Source: an uncultured Christensenellaceae bacterium
GTDB lineage: Bacteria > Bacillota > Clostridia > Christensenellales > DTU072
Direction: 5' to 3'
NCBI GenBank assembly: GCA_964613035.1
Contig: CAZTFQ010000006.1
Span: 28,071-92,070, forward strand
DNA length: 64,000 nucleotides
In this document: one piece after another, positions 10,006 through 19,456 of the stretch
Layout: each line of letters begins with the position of its first letter
How positions within the stretch are numbered: the stretch's first letter is position 1
Notes under the pieces: model-generated
What the model was told of the DNA's origin: nothing
What the model saw: the letters and a program-made list of their open reading frames with translations, nothing else
Database searches by the model: none
Translations under genes and position numbers: made by a program

Positions 10006-10960
10006 TGCTTAAAATATCGTCGGCTGCGGATATCAATTTATGAAGACAATCCTCAAAATATCCGTAGACTCTACATCCCGAAGCATTGTCGTGCCCGCCG
10101 CCGCCGAAACATCTGGCGAGACGATACGCGTAGGCGCATTCTTTACTGCGCACGGACACTTTGAACGCCTTTTCGGAAATTTCCGCCATAGAGACGGCGA
10201 TTTTTACGCTGTTGATATTGACAACGTCGTTGACAATATTGTCCGTGTCGCGCTCGGAGGTATGCGTTTTGTTAAACAGAGACTTGGTGAAAACTATTAT
10301 TCCGACCTCGTTGTTATGATAAAAACCAGTTTTTGACAAAACTTCCGTTTTTAAATCGAAAACGTTCTTGTCGACGCTACGCATAAGTCGTCTGGCTATC
10401 GATTCCGCGTCTATGCCGTATGAATATAAATCGGCGACCATACGCATAGTCTTCTCCGTAACGGACGAAAACAAAAACGCGCCCGTATCGGTGAGAACGC
10501 CCGCATAGAGATCGTCTGCGATTTTTTTATCCATAAGACCGACGTCATAAGACTTAATCAGATAATACAAGACTTCCGACGCGGAAGACGCCTTTTCGTC
10601 TATATAATAATCGTCTATATCGGATAAATTACCTTTTATATGGTGGTCAATGATAAATTTCTCGGCACATTTATATAAAATTTCCGTAGATCTAAGACCT
10701 ATTCTGGAAATTTCGTTGGCGTCGACTATAACGCCTAAATCGTAGCGGTCGAGATACTCGGTATTAAATCGATATTCTCCGTCGAACGAATATAGCTTGG
10801 GTGAGATATCGTTTTCCGAATAGAGATACGGGACGCCGCCGAATTTTTCCACCAAGCGAGCAAGCGCCGTGGCAGTGCCTACGGCGTCGGGATCTGGATT
10901 GATATGAATAAAAATCGCAACCGTTTTTTTAGACTTAATTTCTTCGAGAATATTAATCAT
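9998..10960 (-). CDS. nrnA: DHH-family phosphoesterase NrnA (oligoribonuclease / pAp phosphatase)
   Basis: 320 aa. Motifs HINPDPDAVGTA, IIDHHI and DHHA1-type GGGGHDNASG. Confidence 0.85.
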   Translation of the reverse strand: MINILEEIKSKKTVAIFIHINPDPDAVGTATALARLVEKFGGVPYLYSENDISPKLYSFDGEYRFNTEYLDRYDLGVIVDANEISRIGLRSTEILYKCAEKFIIDHHIKGNLSDIDDYYIDEKASSASEVLYYLIKSYDVGLMDKKIADDLYAGVLTDTGAFLFSSVTEKTMRMVADLYSYGIDAESIARRLMRSVDKNVFDLKTEVLSKTGFYHNNEVGIIVFTKSLFNKTHTSERDTDNIVNDVVNINSVKIAVSMAEISEKAFKVSVRSKECAYAYRLARCFGGGGHDNASGCRVYGYFEDCLHKLISAADDILSND

Positions 10961-11294
10961 TATCCTTAATCTCTATACTTTTTATCAATTCGTCTATTCT
11001 GAAACCGTTGTCCAGAGACTTATCCTCGACGAAATTAAGTTTAGGTATCGTACGGATTTTCATTCTCTTAAACAACAGCTTGCGAATGTACGAAGAAGCG
11101 TTGTTGAGAGCCTTAATCAACGCCGTAAAATCTTGAGTACCGTAAGCACGCACGTAAATTTTGGCATAACTTAAATCACTCGAACAATCCGCTTCGAATA
11201 TACTGACGGGAACGTCTATTCTCGGATCTCCGATCTCGTTATTGACGATTTCGGAGATCTCTTTTTTTAATTGACTGTCTACTCTTTCTATCAT
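10953..11294 (-). CDS. rbfA: ribosome-binding factor A
   Basis: MIERVDSQLKKEISEIV...KLNFVEDKS. I place the start at ATG 11294, forming an ATGA overlap with the infB stop. The ORF-track N-terminal extension is Arg-rich read-through of the infB 3' end. Confidence 0.9.
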   Translation of the reverse strand: MIERVDSQLKKEISEIVNNEIGDPRIDVPVSIFEADCSSDLSYAKIYVRAYGTQDFTALIKALNNASSYIRKLLFKRMKIRTIPKLNFVEDKSLDNGFRIDELIKSIEIKDND

Positions 11295-13834
11295 TGCGCC
11301 ATTTTTTCTAAAATAAAGCTTTCTATTACGTCGCCGACCTGAATGTCGTTGAAGTTTTGGATACCGATACCGCATTCGAGGTTGAAGTTGACCTCTTTTA
11401 CGTCGTCCTTTTCTCTCTTGAGGGAAGAAATTTCGCCTTCATACACGATAACGCCTTCTCTTAAGAGTCGGACTTTGGCACCTCTGACGATCTTACCGTC
11501 TTTTACCATACAACCTGCGATATTGCCTACGCCGGTGATTCTGAAGACCTGACGTATCTCGGCTCTGCCAATATACTTCTCGTTGAACTTAGGACTGAGC
11601 AAGCCTTTTACCGCATTACCGATATCGTCGATGACGTCGTAAATAACGCGATAGGTTCTGATATCGATTTTCGATCTTTCGGCTTCCGTCTTAGCTTTGT
11701 TATCAGGACGTACGTTAAACCCTATGATGATGGTGTAATCCGTTTTCGCGAGCATGATATCGGACTCGTTGATAGCGCCGACGCCGCTGTGCATAATGTT
11801 GATTTTAACCTCTTCGTTGGAGAGTTTTTCGACGGATTGTTTGACCGCTTCTACCGATCCTTGAACATCCGCCTTAATTATAACGTTGAGGTGAGTGAGT
11901 TTTTCTTCACTCGTAGCGTTGAGCATATCCTCGAGCGTCTTGATTTTGGGTCCGGATTCTTGCTGTTTTGCCCTACTTCTCAGATCCGAAACTTTACGGA
12001 CGAGGCTGATATCGCTAGTAGACATAACCTGGTCGCCGGCATTGGGGACTTCGGAAAAACCGAGTACCTGCACCGGGATGGACGGACCGGCGGATTTAAT
12101 TTCTTTACCCGCGTCGGAATACATCGCTCTGACTTTACCCGTAACGGTATCGGCTATGATATAGTCGCCGACTTTGAGGGTACCGTTCTGAACCAACACG
12201 GTCGCGACGGGTCCCATTCCTTTATCCAAGCGAGCTTCGATTATAGCGCCTTTTGCCTGACGATCCGCATTGGCTTTGAGCTCCATCATCTCGGCAACGA
12301 GAAGTATCGTGTTGAGTAATTCATCGATATTTTCGCCGGTCTTGGCAGAGACTTTAACCACGGGAACTCTTCCGCCCCATTCTTCGGGGAGGATATCGTA
12401 GTTGGTTAACTGTTGAAGAACTCTTCCGGGGTCAGCGGCGGGTTTATCGATCTTGTTGACGGCGATTATTATTTCTACGCCTGCCGCTTTTGCGTGATTG
12501 ATGGCTTCGACGGTCTGAGGCATAATACCGTCGTCCGCCGCTACGACGATTACCGCGATATCGGTAACGTTGGCGCCTCTCATTCTCATAGAAGTGAATG
12601 CTTCGTGACCGGGAGTATCGAGGAAGGTGATCGTACCGCCGTCAGCGGTTTTAATCGTATAAGCGCCTATATGCTGCGTTATACCGCCTGCTTCTCCCGA
12701 CGCGACGTGAGACTTACGGATATAGTCCAGAATGGACGTTTTGCCGTGGTCGACGTGCCCCATAATAGTGACTATCGGAGGACGAGGACTAAGGTCTTTT
12801 TCATCGTCGACGACTTCATGCAGCTCTACGAGTTTTTCTTCCGAAGTTTTTTCCGCTTTTAATTCTAAGGTTATGCCGAATTCCATCGCGATAAGCGAAG
12901 CGGTTTCAAAATCGATGAAATCGTTAATCGTCTTATTGATATCGAGCATAAAGAGCGTCTTGATTATTTCGGCACCCGTTTTACCGATTTTTTCGCTGAG
13001 TTGCTTCACGGTAAGGGTCGGAGTCGTAATAATCGCATGATCTATGGTCTGCTGCTGTTGAGAAACTTTTTTACCTTTTTCCGAACGAGCTTTTCTAATC
13101 TTAACTATTTCGCCGGTCTCTTCGTCGTATTCGACGAGGGAGTTATCCAGCATATACCCTCTGGAAACCTGAGCTTTTTTATTAACGACTCTCTTGTCGT
13201 CGAAAATCGAACGAGAATCCTTACCCGACACGCCCTTCTTCTTATTCTGCACACCTGATACGGGTTGAGGCATTTGCGGTCTGTCCGCCGTCGGACGCTG
13301 CTGATACGACACGGAGCCGGGGGCTTGAGGTCTGGGTCCCGAAGTCTGAGGACGCTGATATCTCGGGCGTTGTGGAGCGGGATTATCCTCGGGGATATAA
13401 AATCTGACTGCGGGCTTCTTAGGCTCTTCGGCAGGCTTGGCTTCGACGGGAGCGGCTTCTTTTACGGGTGCCGTCGGAGTCGACGTAGCCTGCGGCTCTT
13501 CCGAAACGACGACGTTGTCGACCGCGTTATTTTCCGAGGGGGTCTCGGGGACTACAACGTTAGACGCCTCTCTGAAAAGATCGTTACGCTCTCTCTCGAG
13601 TTCGGCTTTGGCTTTAGCCTCCTTTTCTTTTTCGGAAAGCTCTTTAAGAAGTTTTTCTTCCATAGCCTTTTCTATTTCCTCGCGTCTTTTAGAGAGCTCG
13701 TTGATAGAAGACGAAATTTCGTCTCTTTTATTTTTTATCGAAGCAATAAGCTGTTGATAATCACCGTTGATAAAAACCGCTATTTGCTTAAAAACGTTTT
13801 CTTTATTTTCGGTCTGATTGACTTGTTCAACCAT
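11291..13834 (-). CDS. infB: translation initiation factor IF-2
   Basis: 847 aa. GTPase motifs GHVDHGKTS, DTPGHEAF, NKID. Low-complexity P/Q/E-rich N-terminus. Canonical position after nusA-ylxR. Confidence 0.97.
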   Translation of the reverse strand: MVEQVNQTENKENVFKQIAVFINGDYQQLIASIKNKRDEISSSINELSKRREEIEKAMEEKLLKELSEKEKEAKAKAELERERNDLFREASNVVVPETPSENNAVDNVVVSEEPQATSTPTAPVKEAAPVEAKPAEEPKKPAVRFYIPEDNPAPQRPRYQRPQTSGPRPQAPGSVSYQQRPTADRPQMPQPVSGVQNKKKGVSGKDSRSIFDDKRVVNKKAQVSRGYMLDNSLVEYDEETGEIVKIRKARSEKGKKVSQQQQTIDHAIITTPTLTVKQLSEKIGKTGAEIIKTLFMLDINKTINDFIDFETASLIAMEFGITLELKAEKTSEEKLVELHEVVDDEKDLSPRPPIVTIMGHVDHGKTSILDYIRKSHVASGEAGGITQHIGAYTIKTADGGTITFLDTPGHEAFTSMRMRGANVTDIAVIVVAADDGIMPQTVEAINHAKAAGVEIIIAVNKIDKPAADPGRVLQQLTNYDILPEEWGGRVPVVKVSAKTGENIDELLNTILLVAEMMELKANADRQAKGAIIEARLDKGMGPVATVLVQNGTLKVGDYIIADTVTGKVRAMYSDAGKEIKSAGPSIPVQVLGFSEVPNAGDQVMSTSDISLVRKVSDLRSRAKQQESGPKIKTLEDMLNATSEEKLTHLNVIIKADVQGSVEAVKQSVEKLSNEEVKINIMHSGVGAINESDIMLAKTDYTIIIGFNVRPDNKAKTEAERSKIDIRTYRVIYDVIDDIGNAVKGLLSPKFNEKYIGRAEIRQVFRITGVGNIAGCMVKDGKIVRGAKVRLLREGVIVYEGEISSLKREKDDVKEVNFNLECGIGIQNFNDIQVGDVIESFILEKMAQ

Positions 13835-13835
13835 G

Positions 13836-14138
13836 CTAATCTCCTTTTGATTTTTTCACCGCATCGATAACTGCGTCATACAATTCATCCGAAACGGCGA
13901 CGTTGAGCGCCCGTCTTATAGCGGCGCGTTTTTTCGCAAGTTCTGCACACTCTATATCCTTGCATATATACGCGCCTCTGCCGTCGACTTTACCAACGGT
14001 ATCTATAGCTACGGTTCCCGTGGACGTCTTTACTATCCTAATGAAATTATCGGGCGAAGCGTGTTTTTTGCAAACAATGCACATTCTGTCGCCTTTGCTA
14101 CCTTTTACGTTCACTTTAGTTATCTTCGCCGTTATCAC
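13836..14138 (-). CDS. ylxR: YlxR/RnpM family (DUF448) protein
   Basis: RMCIVCKK...DGRGAYIC core between nusA and infB. The start is uncertain: GTG at 14138 overlaps nusA; the alternative is ATG at 14084. Confidence 0.8.
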   Translation of the reverse strand: MITAKITKVNVKGSKGDRMCIVCKKHASPDNFIRIVKTSTGTVAIDTVGKVDGRGAYICKDIECAELAKKRAAIRRALNVAVSDELYDAVIDAVKKSKGD

Positions 14139-15222
14139 CGGGGAACATATTGGAATACGGTTTCACGTCGATCTTAATACCCGTAAGGCGTGCCGCGAGA
14201 CGAGCGTTTTGACCGCCTCTGCCGATAGCTAAAGACAACTTATCGTCGGGTACGAGCACGATGGCTTGATTCTCAGACTCGTTGAATTGTACCATTCTGA
14301 CCTTAGCGGGGGACAGAGCTCTGACGATATATTCGTAAGGCTCGGGGCAATAAGGAATAACGTCGATTTTTTCGCCGCCGAGTTCGTTAACGATGGCATT
14401 GACTCTTACACCCTTGGCACCGATACAAGATCCGAGAGCGTCCACGTTGGGGTCGTCGCTGTAGACGGACATCTTGGTACGGTATCCCGCTTCTCTGACG
14501 ATGTTTTTAACTTTTACGAGACCTGTTTTAAGCTCGGGGACTTCCATTTCGAAAAGTTTACGAACGAAACCGGCGCAGCTTCTGGAGACGAGTACTTGCG
14601 TGGCGCCCTTGGCATTGGTGCGGACGTGCTTGACGTATACCTTAATTTTATCGTTGATGTTATAATGCTCGCCGTAAACCTGATCTTGTCTACCCATAAC
14701 GCCTTCTAGAAGAGTACCGACAATCTGAACGTAAACGGTATCGTTTTCGATACGAATAACGACCGCCTGCATAATTTCGCCCTCTTTATCGGTCATTTCT
14801 TTCATAATCTGATCGCGTTTGATTTCGTTAAGACGCTGCTGAATGACCTGTTTTGCGGTCTGTGCGGCTATACGAGAAAACTCATACGGAGTAACTTCTT
14901 CCGATATGATATCGCCTGCTTTGGCGTCGGGCTTAATGTCTCTGGCTTCTTCCTCGGTCAGCTCGTAATCTTTCTCGGGGGTGTCGCCTTCGATAACTTT
15001 GTAATAAGCCATATATTTGATAAGATTTTTTTCGGGATTAAGCGTAACGACGACGCAACGGCTCTCTCCGCTTTCCTTTTTATAAGCGGACGCCAGTCCA
15101 GATTCAATCGAAGCTATAAGCTGTTCTTTATCAAGCTTATACTCGTTTTCAAGAAGCTCAAGAGCCGCGAAAAATTCTCTGTTGGCTTCTTCTCTCATCC
15201 TTAATTCTTTCGCTTTTGCCAT
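14116..15222 (-). CDS. nusA: transcription termination/antitermination factor NusA
   Basis: S1 and KH domains (ALGSCIGAKGVRV, LAIGRGGQNARLA). Start taken as ATG 15222, preceded by GGAGGA; the TTG at 15240 lies inside that RBS. Confidence 0.95.
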   Translation of the reverse strand: MAKAKELRMREEANREFFAALELLENEYKLDKEQLIASIESGLASAYKKESGESRCVVVTLNPEKNLIKYMAYYKVIEGDTPEKDYELTEEEARDIKPDAKAGDIISEEVTPYEFSRIAAQTAKQVIQQRLNEIKRDQIMKEMTDKEGEIMQAVVIRIENDTVYVQIVGTLLEGVMGRQDQVYGEHYNINDKIKVYVKHVRTNAKGATQVLVSRSCAGFVRKLFEMEVPELKTGLVKVKNIVREAGYRTKMSVYSDDPNVDALGSCIGAKGVRVNAIVNELGGEKIDVIPYCPEPYEYIVRALSPAKVRMVQFNESENQAIVLVPDDKLSLAIGRGGQNARLAARLTGIKIDVKPYSNMFPGDNGEDN

Positions 15223-15243
15223 TTTTGTGTAGTCCTCCAAAAA

Positions 15244-15699
15244 TTAAAATTTGATATAAGGTTGCAATTTTTTTATTGCCGATTTTTCTATTTTTCTTTC
15301 TTTTCCGTCGATAGACAGCGTAAAACTATCTTCGTCGTACCCGACAAGTATTCCGTGGACGCGTTTGTTGCCGTCAGAGTCTCTTTTGATATAGATAGCT
15401 TCCAGTTCTTCGTCCAAATTACGTCTGTAATCGTCTTCCGTAACCACGGGACGGTCAAGTCCCGGAGAAGAAACGTTGAGATTATACTGAGCTCCGTCGC
15501 TCGGGTCCAAGGTCTCCAATACAGGCGTAATAGCCTCGTCTACCTTAATACAATCGTCAAAACCGATTCCGCCTTTTTTGAAAATATAAACGACGAGAGC
15601 TTTAACCCCGAATTGAGTTTTATATTCCGCGTCGACCAGTTCGTATCCCAGTCCTTCTATTACGGGCGTAATAGAAAATTTGATTTTATTAAGGTCCAT
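15244..15699 (-). CDS. rimP: ribosome maturation factor RimP
   Basis: 151 aa with VSSPGLDRPV motif. AAGGAG lies 7 nt upstream of the ATG. First gene of the rimP-nusA-infB array. Confidence 0.9.
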   Translation of the reverse strand: MDLNKIKFSITPVIEGLGYELVDAEYKTQFGVKALVVYIFKKGGIGFDDCIKVDEAITPVLETLDPSDGAQYNLNVSSPGLDRPVVTEDDYRRNLDEELEAIYIKRDSDGNKRVHGILVGYDEDSFTLSIDGKERKIEKSAIKKLQPYIKF

Positions 15700-15719
15700 A
15701 TCGAGCTCCTTATAGCACT

Positions 15720-15743
15720 GAGAGCGACCCGAGGGTCGCTCTC
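15720..15743 (-). promoter_or_regulatory. perfect 10-bp GC-rich hairpin with 4-nt loop in the rimP-nusA-infB leader
   Basis: GAGAGCGACC-CUCG-GGUCGCUCUC on the minus strand, between the candidate promoter and the rimP RBS. No U-tract follows it. Confidence 0.5.
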
Positions 15744-15772
15744 AAACGTGACAAGCATATTCAAGTACTTAT

Positions 15773-15802
15773 ATATTAACATATAATATTCTCAAATGCA
15801 AG
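15773..15802 (-). promoter_or_regulatory. candidate sigma-A promoter of the rimP-nusA-infB operon
   Basis: Minus strand reads TTGCAT (15802-15797), 18 nt, TAATAT (15778-15773). Confidence 0.4.
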
Positions 15803-15803
15803 G

Positions 15804-17360
15804 CTAATATTCAATTTTTTTTGCAATTAATATAAATAATTTGGCGGTAGCTATGGCATCGTTGATTGCGCGGTGTGCTCCGTCGAGGTTTATGTCCAGC
15901 TCTCCGCAGAGATATCCGAGATTAAATTTTTTGAATTGCGGAAAAATCTGTCTTGATAACGTAAGCGTATCGTACACGGTATTATCGAACTTATATCCTA
16001 CGTCTCTTGCTCTTCCTACGATGAAGCCCATATCGAAAGGAGCGTTATGCGCGACCAGCGAACATCCGTAGCAAAACTTATAGAAGTCTCCGATGACTCT
16101 GTTAAAAGCGGGTGCTCTGTCGACCATATCCTGGGTTATGTTGGTCAACTCGACTATTTCTCTCGACAATTTTTCCTGAGGATTGACGAAGGTTGAAAAA
16201 GTCTCTACGATTTTTCCTTTAGAAACTTTGACACCGGCTATTTCGATAACTTTGTTAATATCGGAATTAAGCCCCGTCGTCTCTGTATCGAATACGACGA
16301 AATCGTTTTGTTCCAAAATGGGAGGCAGAGCCTTTTCGACGCTCTCGAACATCGATAAATTTTCGTAGACTTCTTCTTTATACGGCTCGGGTTTGACAAC
16401 CGTATAAGACTTGGGGACGGGAAGATATTTGATATCCGTTATCGCTTTTTCGAAATCTATATCTATGAGTGCCACGGAATATAGCGACATGGAATATTTA
16501 GAGTAATAAGTATCGTATCCCACTCGCCCTTCCACGACGACTTTGTCGTTCTCTTTTAGTTTAAGCATCGTCTCGACCTGATTGACGGTCTTGGGGAAGT
16601 ATTTAACGTCCATAACGGCACCGGTCGTATCGTCCAATCTGAAAAGAAAGTACTTAAGTTCCGGATGCTTATTCCAGTCTTTGACCTGCATACCGACGAT
16701 TTTTCCGGTAACGCAGACCCTGTCGTACTCGGACTTGGTCGAAAGCACGTCTTTGATATACTTGGCGCGACGGGTAATATTGCCTATAAGAGCTTCTTTC
16801 ATCTGATAATTCATTATATGCTGAGGCGCACCCGCGACGTCGGTTATGGTTATGGCTTCTTCCTGATAGACGTCTTTTAGCGAAACTTCAGACGATTCTA
16901 TGAACTGCTTATCGAGATAATTCTGTAATCTTTCCACGAAAGCCGACGATTTGCAAAAATCCAAAACGGGCTTGGAAACGGATATGACTATTTCTATAAA
17001 TTCCCCTTCGTTAATTTTAACGAAAACGTCGTCGCCGTTGATTTTAGGAGAAAGCAGGCGACTTTCGTTGGCTATAAAATCTCCTACGGCTTTTCTTACC
17101 TGCGACTCGGACGTCTCGGTCTTCTTGAATTTGATTTTTATAGTCATGTCCTCCGGAATAATGCCGGAAGCTATCGCGTACAACTTACTTCTTAAAGGTC
17201 TGTCGTAGCCGGGTTTTTCCGAAAGATACTCGTCGAACTTACCTGACGGAACAAGTAACGTGACGGTTATTTTGTCACCGTCTATTTCCGCATCCGAAAG
17301 TTTGAAAAACTGTTCTTCTTTGTCCAAACGTTTATTAAGTTCGTAAATAAAATTCCCCAT
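15804..17360 (-). CDS. PolC-like N-terminal domain + OB fold + DEDDh 3'-5' exonuclease; no PHP or polymerase modules
   Basis: 518 aa. Exo motifs DFVVFDTETTGL (about 16268-16304), LVAHNAPFDMGF and HRAINDA (about 15856-15876) closely resemble the PolC proofreading domain. The preceding OB-like segment is VCVTGKIVGMQV...VVVEGRVGYD. The ORF ends 15 aa after Exo III. Confidence 0.75.
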   Translation of the reverse strand: MGNFIYELNKRLDKEEQFFKLSDAEIDGDKITVTLLVPSGKFDEYLSEKPGYDRPLRSKLYAIASGIIPEDMTIKIKFKKTETSESQVRKAVGDFIANESRLLSPKINGDDVFVKINEGEFIEIVISVSKPVLDFCKSSAFVERLQNYLDKQFIESSEVSLKDVYQEEAITITDVAGAPQHIMNYQMKEALIGNITRRAKYIKDVLSTKSEYDRVCVTGKIVGMQVKDWNKHPELKYFLFRLDDTTGAVMDVKYFPKTVNQVETMLKLKENDKVVVEGRVGYDTYYSKYSMSLYSVALIDIDFEKAITDIKYLPVPKSYTVVKPEPYKEEVYENLSMFESVEKALPPILEQNDFVVFDTETTGLNSDINKVIEIAGVKVSKGKIVETFSTFVNPQEKLSREIVELTNITQDMVDRAPAFNRVIGDFYKFCYGCSLVAHNAPFDMGFIVGRARDVGYKFDNTVYDTLTLSRQIFPQFKKFNLGYLCGELDINLDGAHRAINDAIATAKLFILIAKKIEY

Positions 17361-18373
17361 TACAGTTCTCCGACGTACTTCAACAATTCTTCTTCTATAT
17401 CTTCGTTTTTAACGGTTTTTACTCTTTCTCCCTTGTTAAACAAAATAGAGTAATCTTTGCCTCCCGCAATACCCACGTCGGCGTCTCGACCTTCTCCGAG
17501 TCCGTTAACGATACAGCCCATAACGGCTATTTTTATATTTTTATGTATATTTCCCACGGATTTTTCAACTTTCGTAGCCAATCCTTCCACATCGATCACC
17601 GTCCGACCGCAGGTGGGGCAAGCGACGACTTTAGGCATATCTTGTCGGAGCCCCAGATAATTGAGGATTTTTCTTGCGACGTATACTTCCTGCACGGGGT
17701 CTCCGGCAATCGAAACTCTGACCGTATCGCCAATTCCGTCAACGAGAAGTGCGCCCAGAGCCATTGCCGACTGAAGTCTGGCGGTTTCGCCTACTCCCGC
17801 TTCCGTCAATCCTAGATGAAGAGGATGATCGGTCTTTTTCGACAGTAGTCTATAGGCATCGATTGTTTCTCTGACGTCACTGCTCTTTACCGCCAATACT
17901 AAATCGTAAAAGCCTAATTCTTCCAATTTAGACGCGGCATCGAGGCATAAATCGACCATTTTTTGAGAAGTTACTTCTCCTTTTACGGAGCCGCGGTTGA
18001 CGCCTACCCTTATAGGTACGCGATAATCGGTAGCGCATTTTACGATATCCTTAATAACGTTAAGAGGCGTGTTGCCGGGATTAAGACGGACTTTTTTCGC
18101 ACCGGCTTCAATGGCTTTTATGGCGACTTTTGTGTCGAAATGTATATCGGCAATAAGCGGAACGTCAGAATTAGCGGCTATTTCCTTAAATGCCGCCGCA
18201 GCGTCGTCGTCCTGTACCGTTACTCTTACTAAATCCGCGCCCGCTGCCGCAAGTCGTCTTATTTGCTCGACTGTAGCGGATACGTCCCTCGTATCCGTAT
18301 TGGTCATCGTTTGTACGGGAATAAAGCTATTGTCGCCGATAACAACGTTACCTACGTTAACTGTCTTTTTCAT
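17360..18373 (-). CDS. ispG: 4-hydroxy-3-methylbut-2-en-1-yl diphosphate synthase
   Basis: MKKTVNVGNVVIGDNSFIPVQTMTNTDT...ACPTCGRT...GCIVNGLGE. Start placed at ATG 18373, just after the rseP stop; the ORF-track extension overlaps rseP. Confidence 0.93.
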   Translation of the reverse strand: MKKTVNVGNVVIGDNSFIPVQTMTNTDTRDVSATVEQIRRLAAAGADLVRVTVQDDDAAAAFKEIAANSDVPLIADIHFDTKVAIKAIEAGAKKVRLNPGNTPLNVIKDIVKCATDYRVPIRVGVNRGSVKGEVTSQKMVDLCLDAASKLEELGFYDLVLAVKSSDVRETIDAYRLLSKKTDHPLHLGLTEAGVGETARLQSAMALGALLVDGIGDTVRVSIAGDPVQEVYVARKILNYLGLRQDMPKVVACPTCGRTVIDVEGLATKVEKSVGNIHKNIKIAVMGCIVNGLGEGRDADVGIAGGKDYSILFNKGERVKTVKNEDIEEELLKYVGEL

Positions 18374-18375
18374 AA

Positions 18376-19455
18376 TCACATTATCAAAAATTGGAATACG
18401 TCCGCGAATATCGCGAATCCGAACAGGAGTAATAATCCTGCTGTGTGAATAATCGCCTCGACTTTTCGCGGGACGGGTTTTCTGAATATCCATTCTATTA
18501 AAACGAATACGATTCTGCCGCCGTCCAGCGCGGGTAAAGGAAGCAAATTCATTATTGCAAGATTTGCCGAAATGATGCAAACGAGATAAAGAAGGCTGGA
18601 AAAACCTGCCGAAGCGGAATCTGCCATGGCTTTAATGGTAGTTACGGTGCCGCCTACGGCAGACATACCGAGCTGACCCGTAATCAGCTTACCGAGGATT
18701 GCCAGCACGCTGTATACTATATAGAAGGCAAATCCGAAAGAGCGACCTATGGCTCTACCGAAAGAAAGTTTAACCGAAGCGAACCCCATACTGAATCCGA
18801 ACCCGGTGGATTCAACAGTATTACCGTCGTCGTCGACGTAGGAATAATCGCCTCTCGATAAAACGAAATCTTCCACGGTCCCGTCCTCGCGCATTACTCT
18901 GAACTTTACCCCGCCCTCTTGCTTGGCAAGGAGTTCCGAGAAATCGTTTTGGAGCAAGATATTGACCTGCTTACCGTTGATCCCGAGAATAACGTCTCCT
19001 TCTTTTAAGTTTTCCACCGTAGCGGAGGGGGCTGTTTCGTACACCTGAAGGATTTTCGGCAAAACCTGACCGTAAGCCATAAAGAATATAGCGATAATTA
19101 TTATACCGGAAACGAAATTAAACATTGCGCCCGACAAGAGCACGACGATACGTTTCCAAGGTTTTTGGTTATTGAATGCCGTGGGGGACTCATTGCCCTC
19201 TTCGTCCTCTCCTTCGAATTGACAGAATCCGCCCAAAGGAAGCGGACGTATAGAAAAAAGCATCCCGCTCTTAAAACGTTTTTTAAAAATTTTGGGTCCG
19301 AAACCGATCCCGAATTCTTCTATCTTAAAGCCGAGAAGTTTTCCTGCCAAAAAATGTCCGAACTCATGTATGACAATCATGAGCATCAGACAAAGCAGTG
19401 CCGCGATAACGTATCCGATATAGGTGAAAACTTCTGCCGCGGTGGCTAAAACCAT
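18376..19455 (-). CDS. rseP: RIP metalloprotease RseP/RasP (M50 site-2 protease with PDZ)
   Basis: 359 aa with HEFGH motif, multiple TM segments, a central PDZ-like segment and NLLPLPALDGG. Confidence 0.9.
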   Translation of the reverse strand: MVLATAAEVFTYIGYVIAALLCLMLMIVIHEFGHFLAGKLLGFKIEEFGIGFGPKIFKKRFKSGMLFSIRPLPLGGFCQFEGEDEEGNESPTAFNNQKPWKRIVVLLSGAMFNFVSGIIIIAIFFMAYGQVLPKILQVYETAPSATVENLKEGDVILGINGKQVNILLQNDFSELLAKQEGGVKFRVMREDGTVEDFVLSRGDYSYVDDDGNTVESTGFGFSMGFASVKLSFGRAIGRSFGFAFYIVYSVLAILGKLITGQLGMSAVGGTVTTIKAMADSASAGFSSLLYLVCIISANLAIMNLLPLPALDGGRIVFVLIEWIFRKPVPRKVEAIIHTAGLLLLFGFAIFADVFQFLIM

Positions 19456-19456
19456 T

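Noticed and set aside
17360-18580. Long N-terminal extensions in ORF-track entries: ispG 406 aa, pheS 355 aa, rpsB 265 aa, mraZ 172 aa, rbfA 140 aa, pyrH 241 aa, and the 214-aa version of 57241-57885.
   Set aside because: The extensions are Arg-rich or hydrophobic read-through of upstream genes or intergenic DNA. They often begin at non-ATG codons. Internal ATGs preceded by good SD sequences reproduce the canonical N-termini of the families.
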